Shown piece by piece: positions 48,979 through 62,499 of a stretch of DNA of 64,000 bases. Made by a program: the position numbers and the translations under genes. The stretch is from the NCBI RefSeq assembly GCF_006345805.1, contig NC_042998.1, forward strand, positions 198,400,001 through 198,464,000. Reading direction: 5' to 3'. Each line of letters starts with the position of its first letter. Positions within the stretch are counted from its first letter, which is position 1. The stretch is from Octopus sinensis (Eukaryota). Below the pieces are notes generated by a model. The model was not told the DNA's origin. It worked only from the letters and a program-made list of their open reading frames with translations, and made no database searches.

Positions 48979-49899
48979 TAGCTACATAATTCTGGAGAAG
49001 CAGAAGAGAGAGATTCCTCTTTTGTGTGTTTTTTTTTATAGTTATTTTGTATTGTTTTGGCAATCAGCTACACCTGGCTGCTGCTCCTCCCCCCCCCGCC
49101 CCACCTTCACCAGTCTACCTTCCTCCACGGCCTACCATTCCATCAATGTTAACTATTCCACATGCAGCATGTTTCTTTCTTCCACCGTCTTATTTCCTTC
49201 CAACTGCATGCCTGCAACTTCAGATGTCTTATAAACACACAGACACACAGACACAGACATGCATACGCATGCATGCATCGCTTCGATGCCAGCTATATCT
49301 AGCCAGAGAAAGAGAGAGAGAGAGACAGAGAGAGAGACAGAGAGAGAGAGACAGAGAGAGAGACAGAGAAAGACAGAGTCCTTAGATTCAGTCTATTGTG
49401 CAACGAATCAAGTGGAAAAAACTAACGTTTGCACTAGACAAACAGTTGTTACATACCAATACATTTTAGTGTTAGTCATGAATCACAAATGATGATAATG
49501 ATAATGGTAATGGTTGGTAGTGGTCATGGTGGGAGCAAGGTCACTATTTATATATTTCTACGGAAAGGGAAAAAGGATGATGGAGATGAATTGATGAACG
49601 TTACTGTTGCAGGTTAGACTACAGAATAGGTAGAAAGGATGCGGAGAGGCTGCAGTGATGGGGATGTTCTATGCAGATGATGCAGTTGCAGGGACAGTGA
49701 TTGAGGCGGGGGCATGGGGCAGGACGAGGAGGGAGAGACAAGGTCTATGAGAGTCAATAGAAGTGACGGAGGTGAAAATGGATAGTGTATCACATAACTC
49801 AAGATCTGTCAATTAAAACATACATATTCATGTGTATATGGACATGTGTGTATGAATATATATATATATATGTGTATATGAAAGTACATATATATATAT

Positions 49900-50303
49900 T
49901 ACTCTTTGCTCTTTTACTTGTTTCAGTCATTTGACTGCGGCCATGCTGGAGCACCGCCTTTAGTCGAGCAAATCGACCCCCGGGACTTATTCTTTTTGTA
50001 AGCCCAGTACTTATATTCTATCGGTCTCTTTTTGCCGAACCGCTAAGTGACGGAGACGTAAACACACCAGCATCGGTTGTCAAGTAATGCTAAGGGGGAC
50101 AAACACAGACACACAAACACACACATATATACATATACATATATACGACAGGCTTCTTTCAGTTTCCGTCTACCAAATCTACTCACAAGGCATTGGTTGG
50201 CCCGGGGCTATAGCAGAAGACACTTGCCCAAGATGCCACGCAGTGGGACTGAACCCGGAACCATGTGGTTGATTAGCAAGCTACTTACCACACAGCCACT
50301 CCT
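49900..50303 (-). mobile_element. SINE family B
   Basis: Full-length copy, reverse orientation. Confidence 0.85.
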
Positions 50304-50694
50304 ATATTATATAGATATAATATATAAATAATCAGAAAATGGAGAAAACCTCAGATTAACAAACACATCGATTGGGCCACACTTATAACATGTTTTTTAA
50401 TACAACGCATGACATAACAAATAGGTGACATAACGTATCTTAAGGCTGTTTCCGATCCGTTGCCAAAATGCTGTCTATAAATAAATGCAAGAATAAAGTT
50501 CTTCATCTTCATAGGACATTCGAATTAAGGCACGGAGCTTCATCGGAGTAAAAAAACAAGAGCATCCAATATAAAACAAAGGGAAAAAGGGAAAGGAAGG
50601 AAAACATGGCCTAAAAAAAAAGTCTAGAAGCCCAGTTTGTTAAAAGCATATAATCTACCATCTCAGGGCTACGAGGTCTGTAGGTAAAAGAGAG

Positions 50695-50882
50695 TGTATA
50701 TATGTGTGTGTATATATATATACACACACACATATATATATATACATATTCATACATATACACATATATATACATACACACGCACACACACACATATATA
50801 TACACATATATACATATACTCATATACATACATATACACACACACACATACATATATACACACACACACACACATATACATA

Positions 50883-50923
<41 letters not shown>

Positions 50924-50945
50924 TACACATATACACACACACCAT
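50695..50945. repeat. Compound (TA)n/(CA)n microsatellite
   Basis: Direct inspection. Confidence 0.95.
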
Positions 50946-51235
50946 AACACATCCCAGTTTTTAGCTTAGAATAGATACACTGCATCCCAGCATGATGTAA
51001 GAGATAACTAGAAGGGCTAAGCACCAGGAAGGGCATTTGAGTGTAAAACACTGCCTTAAAATTTTACATCCTGTGTTAGCATGGCAAACTTAAAAGAAAA
51101 ATAATGATGAAGATACATAAATATATAGAAATACACACATTATAAGCTTATTATACATACTTGTAGAAACACCACTCTCCCAGTGGTTTTCTTTTAGTTA
51201 TTATTATACGCATGTACATTATGTAACATTTATAT

Positions 51236-51845
51236 AGCTATGGTGCGACCTCACCTGGAATTTGCATCACCGGTCTGGAACCCCTATCTTGCCCAGGATA
51301 TTAATAGTCTGGAAGCCGTTCAGCAACGTGCAACCAAGAGAATACCCTCCATCAGACATTTGCCATATTCTGAACGCCTTACTTCCCTAAGCATAGATAC
51401 ATTTGAACTCCGACGTCTGGCAGCTGACTTGGCAGACACCCATAAAATTATTAACCATCTTACAAACAATAACTCTGAGCACCTTTTCAAACTCCACCCG
51501 TCTAACACATGTGGACATGTTTACAAAGTCAGAAAACAGCACAGCTCCTTCCATGACTTTCGGACACATTGTTTTCATGCTAAGAGTTGCTGAAGCATGG
51601 AACAAACTGCCAGCATCAGTTGTTAGTTGTCGGAGCACTGCATCCTTCAAAACTTCCATGCTTCCTGAGATTCGCCAACACTACACCTGATTTTCTCTCC
51701 CCTCCATACACACGCAAGCATGTATCTGACTCATACACTGTTCACTTCCCAGACATTTGTACATTACTGCATATACTTTATACACACTTTTTGACAAGTT
51801 GTGGTGCACCTGAGCACTGTATACAATAATTTCATTATTATTTTT
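51236..51845 (+). mobile_element. CR1/L2-like LINE 3' fragment (second family) with (ATT)n tail
   Basis: MVRPHLEFASPVWNPYLAQDINSLEAVQQRATKRIPSIRHLPYSERL...[15 protein letters not shown] is the CR1-group ORF2 end, with one frameshift. Confidence 0.88.
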
Positions 51846-53964
51846 TTTTATTTGTGACAGAAGCTGCAGACTGGCCTTCACGGAAGTTACTGTTCCTCGT
51901 CTTCCACAGGCTCTACTCCCCAGTCAGCTTGACAGATAAATGCTACCTACATTGGATTACGTTTTCCAATAATTAAAGTGAAAGTCGAAGGAAATTTGGA
52001 TACCGTATCATCTACCAAGTCGAACACATACACACAGTGGCCTTCAATCATTTGTTCAAAGCAAAATTTGTTATTGAGTATTCTCAGATCAGCTGTCGTC
52101 AAACAAAAGGAAGGAAGATGCTATAGTTGTGACAGTCATGTCATTTGGGTGTATATGTAGGAATTTACTGTTCAATATTGCCTGTAGAGTATGATGTGCG
52201 AAAGTTTAAGGTCCTTATTTTCGGCAGGTTAAGCAACTATGTGTCAGTTCCCTGTTAAACCATGCTGTCCTCCAATGAACAACTCTCTCTCTCTCTCTTA
52301 TACTGTCTAAGCTGTATCTTCAGAGGAGGAGGCTGAAATAACAGGCTATATAGTTCATTAAGCAAAGAGGTGATCTTTTGATGACATGAGTTTTAATGAA
52401 GAGAGGGTGATAGAGTAGGAAATCCAATAACATTGTCAAATTGTCATTGGATATCCATAAAAATACACATCATCATCATCCTTTAGCGTCCACTTTCCAT
52501 GCTAGCATGGGTTGGATGGTTCAACTGGGGTCTGGGAAGCCAGAAGGCTGCATCAGGCCCAGTCTGATCTGGCAGTGTTTCTACAGCTGGATGCCCTTCC
52601 TAACGCCAACCACTCCGTGAGTGTAGTGGGTGCTTTTTACGTGCCACCCGCACAGGTGCCAGATGGAGCTGGCAAACGGCCATGGACGGATGGTGCTTTT
52701 ATGTTCCACCGGCACGGGGGCCAGGCAAGGCTGGCAATGGCCATGAACAGATGGTGCTTTTACGTGCCACCAGCACGGGGGCCAGGCGAGGCTGGCAACG
52801 GCCACGAACGGATGGTGCTTTTTACGTGCCACCGGCACGGAGGCCAGTCGATGGCTGTGTGATGATGACGTTCACTTTGGAAACATGGTTTGAGGGTCAT
52901 TGTCCCTGCATGTATGCTGTCAGCTGATGTCCTCTACTACAGCTGTGGATAAAATAAAACCTTGAGACTGAAACTTTGTGGACAGAAACTGCAAGAAGCC
53001 ATTGTATGAGTATATATATTTCTTTACTGCCCACAAGGGGCTAAACATAGAGGGGACAAACAAAGACAGACAAAAGGATTAAGTCGATTACATCGACTCC
53101 AGTGCGAAACTGGTACTTTATTTATCGACCCCGAAAGGATGAAAGGCAAAGTCGACCTCGGCGGAATTTGAACTCATACACACATACATACGTGTGTATT
53201 TGTATGTGTGGATCAAGTGTATGCATACATGGTTTCAAACTTAATTCCACAGCATGGCACCTTCGGTCAGTGTCTTCTACTGTAACCTCAAGCTGGACGA
53301 AGCCTTGGGAGTGGCCGGAAACTGCAAAACAGTACGTTGCTGTGTGTGTGTGAGAGAGAGAGAGAGAGAAGCAGAGACAGGCAGACAGAGTGTGTCTGTT
53401 TTCAGTAAATGCTTTTACCAGCAGTTACACCTTGCTCTGATGAATATCTATCCCTTTAAAAAAAAGAAAAAAAGAGAAGTTATTGGATAATGTAATGCTA
53501 GATAGAGCATGTCTGAACAAAAGATAATATATAAGAGCTTCTTAACACACATGACCATTGGCCTGTTTCACGAAGAAGACTAAACGTTTTATTATCATCA
53601 GTATTATCAGGTTACATAGGAAATACCAAAGATAACCTTGGGCAGATTCAAAGCTGTGTCTCTAACTAGAAACAGTCAGCAACATCAGTGACTGGGTCGC
53701 ACTCGGGGACCACCTTGTTGGGATAAAAATAGCAGCATCAGAACAAAGCAGTGATTAGGGGTAAATATACTTTAGCAAGTTAAAATCTGTCAGATGCATC
53801 CCAACTTCTAGAGGCAAATTCACTGCAGTTATTGTAGAGAATAAGTTCCATTCTATGGTAAAAGACGTAACGCATATGGGGATCCAATAGGGGGAAGCAC
53901 TGCGTAGACAGTGTTTTTGCACCTTTCACCATCAGAGAGAATATTTTCTCCGTGGTAATTAGAA

Positions 53965-54016
53965 TGAGTTTGCCATTAGAAGTTGGGAGATGTCACAAAC
54001 ATATTCAACTGAAAGG

Positions 54017-54052
<36 letters not shown>

Positions 54053-54280
54053 TGAGAGAAATGAGAGAGGAGAGAGAGAGGAGAGAGGAGATGAGAGAGA
54101 GAGAGAGAGAGATAAGGCGAGAGGGGAGAGGGAGGGAGAGAGTGAGAGAAGGAGAGAGAGGTGAGAGTGAGAGAGGGAAGAGAGAGAGTCAGAGAGATGA
54201 GGGGAGAGGGGAGAGGGAGGAGAGAGAGAGAGAGAGGAGAGAGAGGAGAGAGAGGAGATGGAGAGAGAGGAGGAGAGAGA
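53965..54280. repeat. GA-rich polypurine tract
   Basis: Direct inspection; a shorter (GA)n lies at 28362-28441. Confidence 0.97.
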
Positions 54281-54309
54281 GTGTGTGGTGTGTGTGTGTG
54301 TGATTTTTT

Positions 54310-54600
54310 TAGTCTGCTTTCTTGCTGGCATGAATTGTATGGGCATCATAGTCTATTCATATTCTGGAGTGCTTGTCTTGTCCTTCTAGACAGGTTGGAG
54401 AACCTTGTCTCTTTCAGTTTGTTCCATTTTGAACATGGTTTCTCTAGTTTGGTGCCTTTCCAAATGCCTGCCATTACAGAGCGCACAGTACACATTATTG
54501 TGACGCAAATACGAGAGATACCACTTTGTCTCATGACTTGACTTAAGAGTCCTTGTCTGCTCTCCACAGTTTCCATACTTTCGAGGCAAAGTGTGAATAG
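54310..54600 (-). mobile_element. Decayed non-LTR retrotransposon fragment (L1/Tx1-like C-terminal region)
   Basis: Broken frames with C..ETVE..L and Trp-containing motifs resembling the L1/Tx1 ORF2 C-terminal cysteine-rich region. Confidence 0.35.
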
Positions 54601-54997
54601 AAGAGGAGTGGTAACCGAAAGTGTGAAAGTGGAGGAAAAGAATGCATGAGAGAGAGAGAGAGAGAGAAAAGTAGATGAGGTAGAGAGAGTGAAAGTGACA
54701 TGTTAATAGGAGACAGAAAAAGAAGGTATGTAATATGTGTTTACGCTTGGCTGCTTCTCCATATATTTTAACCAACAGTTCAGCAAGGGCGTACTACACT
54801 CACTTTCCTTAATTCATCACCGTCATAACAACAACATTAACCATTAACTCTTGCCTACATTTGAATTTACAATATAAAAAGACATAACTTGAAGACCACA
54901 AGGTATCTTGTTCAGCTCCCTGCCAATTTTGCCCTTTACTGATTTAGATATGAATATCATCACACTTAATTCTTGAGGCATATCTCATAATTTGTCA

Positions 54998-55369
54998 TCT
55001 TTATATATATAAATGGCAAAATATCTGTGGTGTGTGTGTGTGTTCTTTATACACATCCACAATTTTTCAGTTAGAGGGCTCACACTTTCTATGGTCATTC
55101 AAAACCGTCCAAGGGTGGTCGTGCACATCTTTACATTTCCCCAGTCACCCCGCAAAGCCATTAAAAAAATCAATAGAAGTGAATTTTTTGTGAATTTTCT
55201 ATCCCAAACCCAATCAAAATGCCCGAAACTTGATACGCCAATTGAATGCCAGCTAGCTGTATGTGATTGGTCGGAGATTTGGACAGTACTCGCGTGTATG
55301 TGCGCACGCATGCAGCTGTATATGCATGCACTAGCACTATGACCCAGCAACGCCGGGTTATAGTGCTAG
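54998..55369 (+). mobile_element. Non-autonomous Helitron (subfamily 3, long terminal hairpin)
   Basis: A|TCTTTATATATATAAATGG ... CACTAGCACTATGACCC AGCAACGCC GGGTTATAGTGCTAG|T. Confidence 0.8.
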
Positions 55370-55814
55370 TGAAATATCATGTGATCAGTCTAAGTCTGGC
55401 AAAAGTCTGTCACAAATGGTGCTCCATTGCAGTTACTGTCAGAAAGATAATAATAAAGATTGGCGGGGAGAAGACAGGTAGAGCATGTTTGTGTGAGAGG
55501 AAAATTGTGTACGTGATTGAAAAGGAGGAACTGAATAATGAGTAAATGTGTGTAAGCGAGCATGTATATGCACAAAGGACTGTGTGTGCATGAAAGAGCA
55601 ACTAAAGGGGAAAGTGTAAGAAAATGAGTGGTTGAATGTGAGAGCAAGTATATATATATATGAGTGTGAAAATGTGTACAAGAGAGCATGGGCGTGTTGT
55701 GTGTAACATAAAAGAGACAGATTATGCATATGAGAGAAAGTGTATAATATAAAGTGAATGTGTATGAGAAGGCGTGTCAGTAAGTATGAAGAAAGAAGTT
55801 GAACAAGTCAATAC

Positions 55815-55860
<46 letters not shown>

Positions 55861-57109
55861 GAGCCTTTCATTTCACCAGACCTAGTTAATGAAAGACATG
55901 ACATCAATTAGTAGAGAATTATTTAGAACTTGGTGGAAGTTGGTCCTGGTTAATGTAAAGACTATTTACACCGCCAGTGAACTGGTAATTGGTCAATATA
56001 CCAAGTGGTAACACATGGCGAGGGCGTAGATGGGTGTAGGCAAGTGGAAAGACATATACAATAATTTCAAAGACTTAACAGAAATCATAGAAGTTACAGA
56101 CATTCTTATAATATCTGAAGAACTAATTAAGAGAGCTGAGTAATTAAAATATACATTAGTATAAGATGATTTTATTAAGTTCAAGTAATGTCCACACAAA
56201 CTAGTTTTACTTGACAGAATTCAATACTGAAATTATATTTGATTCTTCCACTTCTTTTTATCATCATCATCAACATCATCATCATCGTTTAACGTCCGTT
56301 TTCCATGCTAGCATGGGTTGGACGGTTCGACTGGGGTCTGGGAAGCCAGGAGGCTGCACCAGGCTCCAGTCTGATCTGGCAGTGTTTCTACAGCTGAATG
56401 CCTTTCGTAATGCCAACCACTCCGAGAGTGTAGTGGGTGCTTTTTACGTGCCACCGGCACAGGTGCCAGGGGAGGCTGGCAGCAGCCACGATCGGTTGGT
56501 CCTTTTTACATTCCACCGGCACAGATGCCAGTCAAGGCGGTGCTGGCATTGGCCATGTTTGGATGGTGCTTTTTATTATTATTATTATTATTATCATCAT
56601 TACCATTTTACTGTGCCAGATGAAATGCTTAGCGGCATTTTGTCCATCTTTATGATCTAAGTTCAAATTCTACCAAGGTCGACTTCACCTTTCATCCTAT
56701 CGGATTTGATAAAATAAATACCAGTTGAGCACTGAGGTTGATGTGATTAAACCATGCCCTCTCTTGAAATTGCTGGCTTTGTGCCAAAATTTGAAACTGT
56801 TATTATCATTATTGTTATCAATAACCCATTCTGCTATAGGAACAAGGCTTGAAATTTTGGGGGAAGGAACTAGTCATTTACATCAACCCCCAGCGCTCAA
56901 CTGGTACTTGTTTTATTGACCACAAAAGGATGAAAGGCAAAGTCAACCTCAGCAGAATCTGAGATTATAAAAAAAAATAATAATAATAATGGTTTCAAAT
57001 TTGGTACAAGGTCAACAATTTTAGGGGAAGCAATTAGTTGGTTATTTTGATCCCAGTGCTTAACTGGTCCCTTATTTTATCAATCCTGAATGAATGTTTC
57101 TTCTTTTAA

Positions 57110-57322
57110 CCCTATAGCATTTCAACTGGCCATATCCGGCCTAAATATTCTACAAGCTTTAAGTTTAAACCACCAGGATCTGACCACTCACTACAATGTA
57201 ATTCTGAAAAGAAACAATCGCATCATTTGGAATCATGAAGCTACAACATAATACATGATTAATTCAAAACAATTAAATTAAATAAGCATAACATTTGATA
57301 AAGCAATCTGAATGCTAAAGGG
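57110..57322. mobile_element. piggyBac-type MITE (second family, opposite orientation)
   Basis: TTAA|CCCTATAGCATTTCAA ... TCTGAATGCTAAAGGG. Confidence 0.7.
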
Positions 57323-58330
57323 CGAATGAAGAAAATGGAAGTTTTAACCCCAACAAGTCGGTGATGTCTAGACAAAGAATTAATAGTTCCTATTAAGTTA
57401 TGCATAACCTAAACAGATCTAACAATACAGTCTTCAGTGACGTGACAGCATTGCTAATAACTTGTTGCATTGCCTCGGAGACTAGGATGAAATTAGTCAC
57501 AATGGTCACGTTTCCTATCAACGGTCACAGATTGATTATGGATATTGTGGCAGCAAGCCCAGACAGGTTTCCTTCGGGGGCTGAGGGTCATGAGTACACA
57601 CACTCACACAAGTATATGAAAACAAACACTAAAAAGAAACTGATACACAGTAGTAAGAAGTGTCCTCCCCAATCCATATTGCAACAGAGAAAACATTATT
57701 TCCATTTGACATAGTCTGTCTGACCTGACAAAAAATATTTTAATTGTTGAGTTGAAAGTAACCTGTGAAGATAATAAAGTATATGAAAGGCGGAGTCTAA
57801 TAGCAATGTATCATGCTTCCAAGTAAGGTGAGATGTCGCCATGTCCAACCAAGTGAGCATGGAAGAGAGGAATGATATTAGAGGAGAGATCTATCACTAC
57901 ACTCACAGAGTGGTTAGGAAGAGCATCCAGCTGTAGAAACACTGCCAAATCAGACTGGAGCCTGGTGCAGCCTCCATGGCTTACCAGACCCCGGTCGAAC
58001 CGTCCAACCCATGCTAGCATGGAAAACGGACGTATGATGATGATGATTTATGAACAAGAGAAGGAAGTAGAAAATGCTTCACTATAGACATGGTACAGGC
58101 ATTGGAGAGAGAAATATCTAAGCTAAGAGCAAAGGATTAACCTTCAATTAATAGTAAAACAAAGTAGTTGTTGCCATGTTTGGAGTGGTTACAGCTGTCC
58201 TTGGTTTGGTGTAGTGACTGCATGGACAACAGGGGGGGGAAGCTTGCTACAACGTGGGTCAAAAGAACCGGCACATTCACTAGTAACTCTTGTACCACTC
58301 AGAGTTACACTGTCTGAAGCTACCAATATC

Positions 58331-58722
58331 CTCTTTTACTCGTTTCAGTCATTTGGCTGTGGCTATGCTGGAGCACCGCCTTTAGTCGAGCAAATCGACC
58401 CCCAGGACTTATTCTTTGTAAGCCTAGTACTTACTCTATCAGTTTCTTTTGCCGAACCGCTAAGTGACGGGGACATAAACACACCAGCATCGGTTGTCAA
58501 GTGATGTTGGGGGGACAAACACAGACACACGAACACATAAATATATATATACATATATACGAAAGGCTTCTTTCAGTTCCGCCTACCAAATCCACTCACA
58601 AGGCTTTGCTCGGCCCGAGGCTATAGTAGAAGACACTTGCCGAAGGGGCAACACAGTGTGACTGAACCCGGAACCATGTGGTTGGTAAGCAAGCTACTTA
58701 CCACACAGCTACTCCTGCGCCT
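58331..58722 (-). mobile_element. SINE family B
   Basis: Full-length copy, reverse orientation. Confidence 0.85.
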
Positions 58723-61209
58723 ATATAATCTTCAGTATTTTGCACTGTAAAATAATCTTCAGTCAATTGCTGATGAAGAGAACACTCCACTGAAATATCT
58801 TCTGAATGAGAAGATCAAAAGTGCTCTAACATTTCATGGTAATTTCTATAAACCTGGTCAAAGACGGGAACTGCCTAAAATCTTGGATAACTTCATGAAG
58901 AAATCACAATCATACACCCTTCATCTCTCACACGCAAACACAAATTTGTTTTAAAGTGGGATTTTTTTTTGTTTACGTAACTTTTGTATTGTCTTTATTC
59001 TTACTGTATCTATTACATCTGCAGATGTGCACACATACAGATATGCAAACACAAAGAAAACAGAGCAGATAGAAGCTGGTTTTAAAGGTATGTTGAAGAG
59101 GACAAGATAGACAAGATAAGTGGCATAGCTAACAGAGAGAGTAACACAAGATGTTATGAATTAACTTCCTAGTTTTAAAAGGTATGTCACAGAGGAATAA
59201 GATAGATAAGTAATAACACAGCTAACAGAATGAACACAATGCTATAGATAAACTTCTTCAGCAATTTTACTTTACCGTGCAAAATACTGAAGATCAGGTA
59301 AATCAATTGTCCTATATCCACTATTATTTCTATATAACACCTATACTGTGTTTTGAACTACAAACAACATAGTATGAAAACAAAAATAGCATAGAAAACT
59401 GGTTTGATACCAAAACACATAACTTAAAACTACTAACCCACATTGGTACTGAAACAGCTTAAAATCAGCCTACTTCAGTACCAAAACAAACAGCTTAAAT
59501 TTTAACTAGTTCAATTTGTTGACATACATTTTCACACACCTTTAAAAAATGATTTCTTATTTAGGCCTATGAAAAACAATGCAACATTCTTGCCTCTCTT
59601 AATTAACAATGCTCAAAGTGAAATGGTTTCAAGCACCATGCACTGATTAGTCAGAAGCTAATGTCTGGCTTACCTTCTGAATTACCTAGCTCTATACCAA
59701 TGTGTTACGTCACACGTTCGGGTGTCCTCTACTCAACTTGATGTCTAGACCTCTCCCTCTATATCTACGTGCCGGTGACATGTAAAAAGCAACATCCGAA
59801 CGTGGCAGATGCTTGTGCCGCACCAACCGATCGTGGCCGTTTGCCAGCCTGCTCTGGTCCCTGTGCCAGTGGCACATAAAAAGCACGCACTACACTCACA
59901 GAGTGGTTGGCGTTAGGAAGAGCATCCAGCTGTAGAAACACTGCCAGATCAGACTGGAGTCTGGTGCAGCCTCCATGGCTTACCAGACCCCGGTCGAACC
60001 GTCCAACCCATGCTAGCATGGAAAACGGACGTTAAATGATGATGAAGATGATGGGCTAGCCTACTTTGTCATCTGGGTGCGTCCACACAACACAATGTTA
60101 CCCAGGTACACTTGTTCTGCCAATTTCTATTTCTCTTGTCATTCTTATTGTGTCTCACTGCCCAAATCCTGCATCAAATATTTTCCCCAATTCTTCCAAT
60201 CACAAACTGCAATCCACTGGAATTCAAGCAGCTGCCTACAGCATCCTTTAGATGAACATCAATCTTTCAATCAACTGGAAGAGTGAAATGGCTAAACGGA
60301 TATAGTCTGAGAGCCAAATCCATTGTAGTTGTTTTGTGTTCAAGGACAGGAAACTTGATTCTACACACACCAATTCATCTAGCTGTTAAGAACAGAAGTA
60401 CCAGAAATTCAAGGAAGAACGTACCAATAATAAACTAACATCATATCTAGGAGCTAAGAATTCTTTGAATAGCTTAACATCTCAGAAATCACAGCAATGT
60501 TTCTGTGGTTTATGAAAAAACTGAACAGTTCACCCATCCTCAGCAGAGCAGACAATAAAAAGCTGAAGAACATGTGATGGCATCAAAGGAATCTGTGTTG
60601 GCATTTCTGAGAGTGTAGAGTATTCTATTAATAAATCGAGATTATAGGTCCACTGTCTGTAATTTTTAGTTTGATGGTACATGGACATTTTTTAGAGTGT
60701 AGTGTCTTCTGTAAATGCAGTTTGGATTACAGATACCCTTGGCTAGTTTGGCAAAATGAGTGCAGTCAAACCAACAGATAAAATAGCACTATTATAGAGT
60801 AGTACAAGGTGTGCAATATTTATTCACTCAAAAATCTCACAACTGCTGGGGAATATCAACAACAAAACATACAATATATAGACGTGCATGTATCTATATT
60901 ACGTATCTATAAAAATCTCTGCTTCAATGCTTATTTTTCCATGTTAGCAAGGGTCAGAGGAAACACAATGAGGCAAGACTTTCTACGGCCAGTTGCACTT
61001 TCTCTCACCAAACCTAACCTGTACGAACAACGAACAGATCAATGGCCAGAAATGCTTTCACAGTAGCCCCTTGTGGGCAATAAAGAAATAAGAAATGCAT
61101 TCGCAGAAGTTTGTCAATAATGACACTGTATAAAGCTTTTCATGCAGCATGTACACATCAGCCAAAGACAAGGCATAAACACACACAAGCATGCATGCTT
61201 GTATACATA

Positions 61210-61589
61210 GGCGCAGGAGTGGCTGTGTGGTAAGTAGCTTGCTAACCAACCACATGGTTCTGGGTTCAGTCCCACTGCATGGCATCTTGGGCAAGTGTCT
61301 TCTGCTATAGCCCCGGGCCGACCAATGCCTTGTGAGTGGATTTGGTAGACGGAAACTGAAAGAAACCTGTCGTATATATGTATGTGTGTGTGTTTGTCTC
61401 CCTAGCATTGCTTGACAACCAATGCTGGTGTGTTTACATCCCCGTCACTTAGCGGTTCGGCAAAAGGGACCGATAGAATAAGTACTGGGCTTACAAAGAA
61501 TAAGTCCCGGGGGTCATTTGCTCGACTAAAGGCAGTGCTCCAGCATGGCCGCAGTCAAATGACTGAAACAAGTAAAAGAGTAAAGAGTA
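61210..61589 (+). mobile_element. SINE family B
   Basis: Full-length copy. Partial or decayed copies also occur near 2083-2230, 3655-3782, 8810-8960 and 53180-53345. Confidence 0.85.
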
Positions 61590-62499
61590 GACTACATGAG
61601 CTTCTTAGTTTCTATCTACCAATTCCACTCAGAAGGCAACTGATTCAGCGTGAGGCCATAGAATAGAAGGCACCTGAATAGAATGAGAATGAATCCTAAA
61701 TCATGCAGTTACAAAGCAAATTCTTAAATCACTGAGTCTTGCCTACATCTCTGCACACATACAAACACACACACAGAGGGTATGTGGAAATTATGAAAAC
61801 TAGATATAATAATTAACAGGTTCTATTTTCAGCATAGCATCAGAGACATGGCATAAAAGTAAATTCAATGTTGCTAAAGAATGTGTTGATATCCAAACCG
61901 CTTATAATAATACAAGTCTGAATCAAACAGTTATTTACATAGAGAAATGCAACAATTTTAAGTGTTAGGAAGATCATCATTATCATCATCATCATCGTTT
62001 AACGTCCGCTTTCCATGCTAGCATGGGTTGGACGATTTTGACAGAGGGCTGGTGAACCAGATGGCTGCACCAGGCTCCAGTCTTCATCTGGCAGAGTTTC
62101 TACAGCTGGATGCCCTTCCTAATGCCAACCACCCCGAGAGTATAGTGGGTGCTTTTTACGTGCCACCGGCACGGGGGCCAGTCATGCGGTACTGGCAATG
62201 ACCTCGCTCGAATCTTTTTACACATGCCACCGGCACAGGTGCCAGTGAAGCGACGTTGATAATGATTACGCTCGAATGGTTCCCTTTTACGTGCCACGGG
62301 TACAGAAGCCAGTGGCTGCTCTGGCAACGATCACGCTCGGATGGTGTTCTTGGCACCCTACTAGCATAGGCATAGACAGGCATGACTGAGAAAAAAGTTG
62401 GAGAGTCTGAGGGTAAGAAATACATGTAGTTTGAACAGTAAAATGCATTTAAGGTGAAATGAAGAAATCAATGCACAGGGTTTGTAACATGGCAGAATC

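Larger units (their letters stand above)
1467..62370. mobile_element. Dispersed (GAT)n-tailed RTE-linked repeat family with internal VNTR (family A), more than 30 copies in both orientations
   Basis: Shared core ggttggcgttaggaagggcatccagctgtagaaa...ccaacccatgctagcatggaaa(a)cggacgttaaatgatgatgat. Clear copies (approx.): minus at 1467-1655, 11638-11958, 19097-19588, 20970-21152, 22842-23105, 24640-24912, 25560-25835, 27264-28015, 29761-29945, 31518-31835, 34603-34865, 42395-42642, 45458-45850, 52470-52852, 56275-56575, 61976-62370. Plus at 2820-3180, 23722-24020, 24092-24290, 35240-35488, 36830-37212, 37805-38032, 39355-39702, 43855-44135, 57893-58045, 59765-60050. There are also older decayed copies. 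Confidence 0.9.

Noticed and set aside
48562-49234. Long poly-Tyr/Ile/Leu ORFs in three frames
   Set aside because: Translation of the (TAT)n microsatellite; no splice or homology support.
49457-49479. Short ATG exon (MTNTKMY) with a GTATGT donor in phase 2 as FNIP exon 1; similarly the ATG frame at about 63071-63127
   Set aside because: Splicing to exon 2 creates TG+A = TGA stop.
2773-62425. Recurrent ORFs of the type [23 protein letters not shown] / [16 protein letters not shown]
   Set aside because: These are translations of the non-coding family A repeat core, repeated dozens of times; not host genes.
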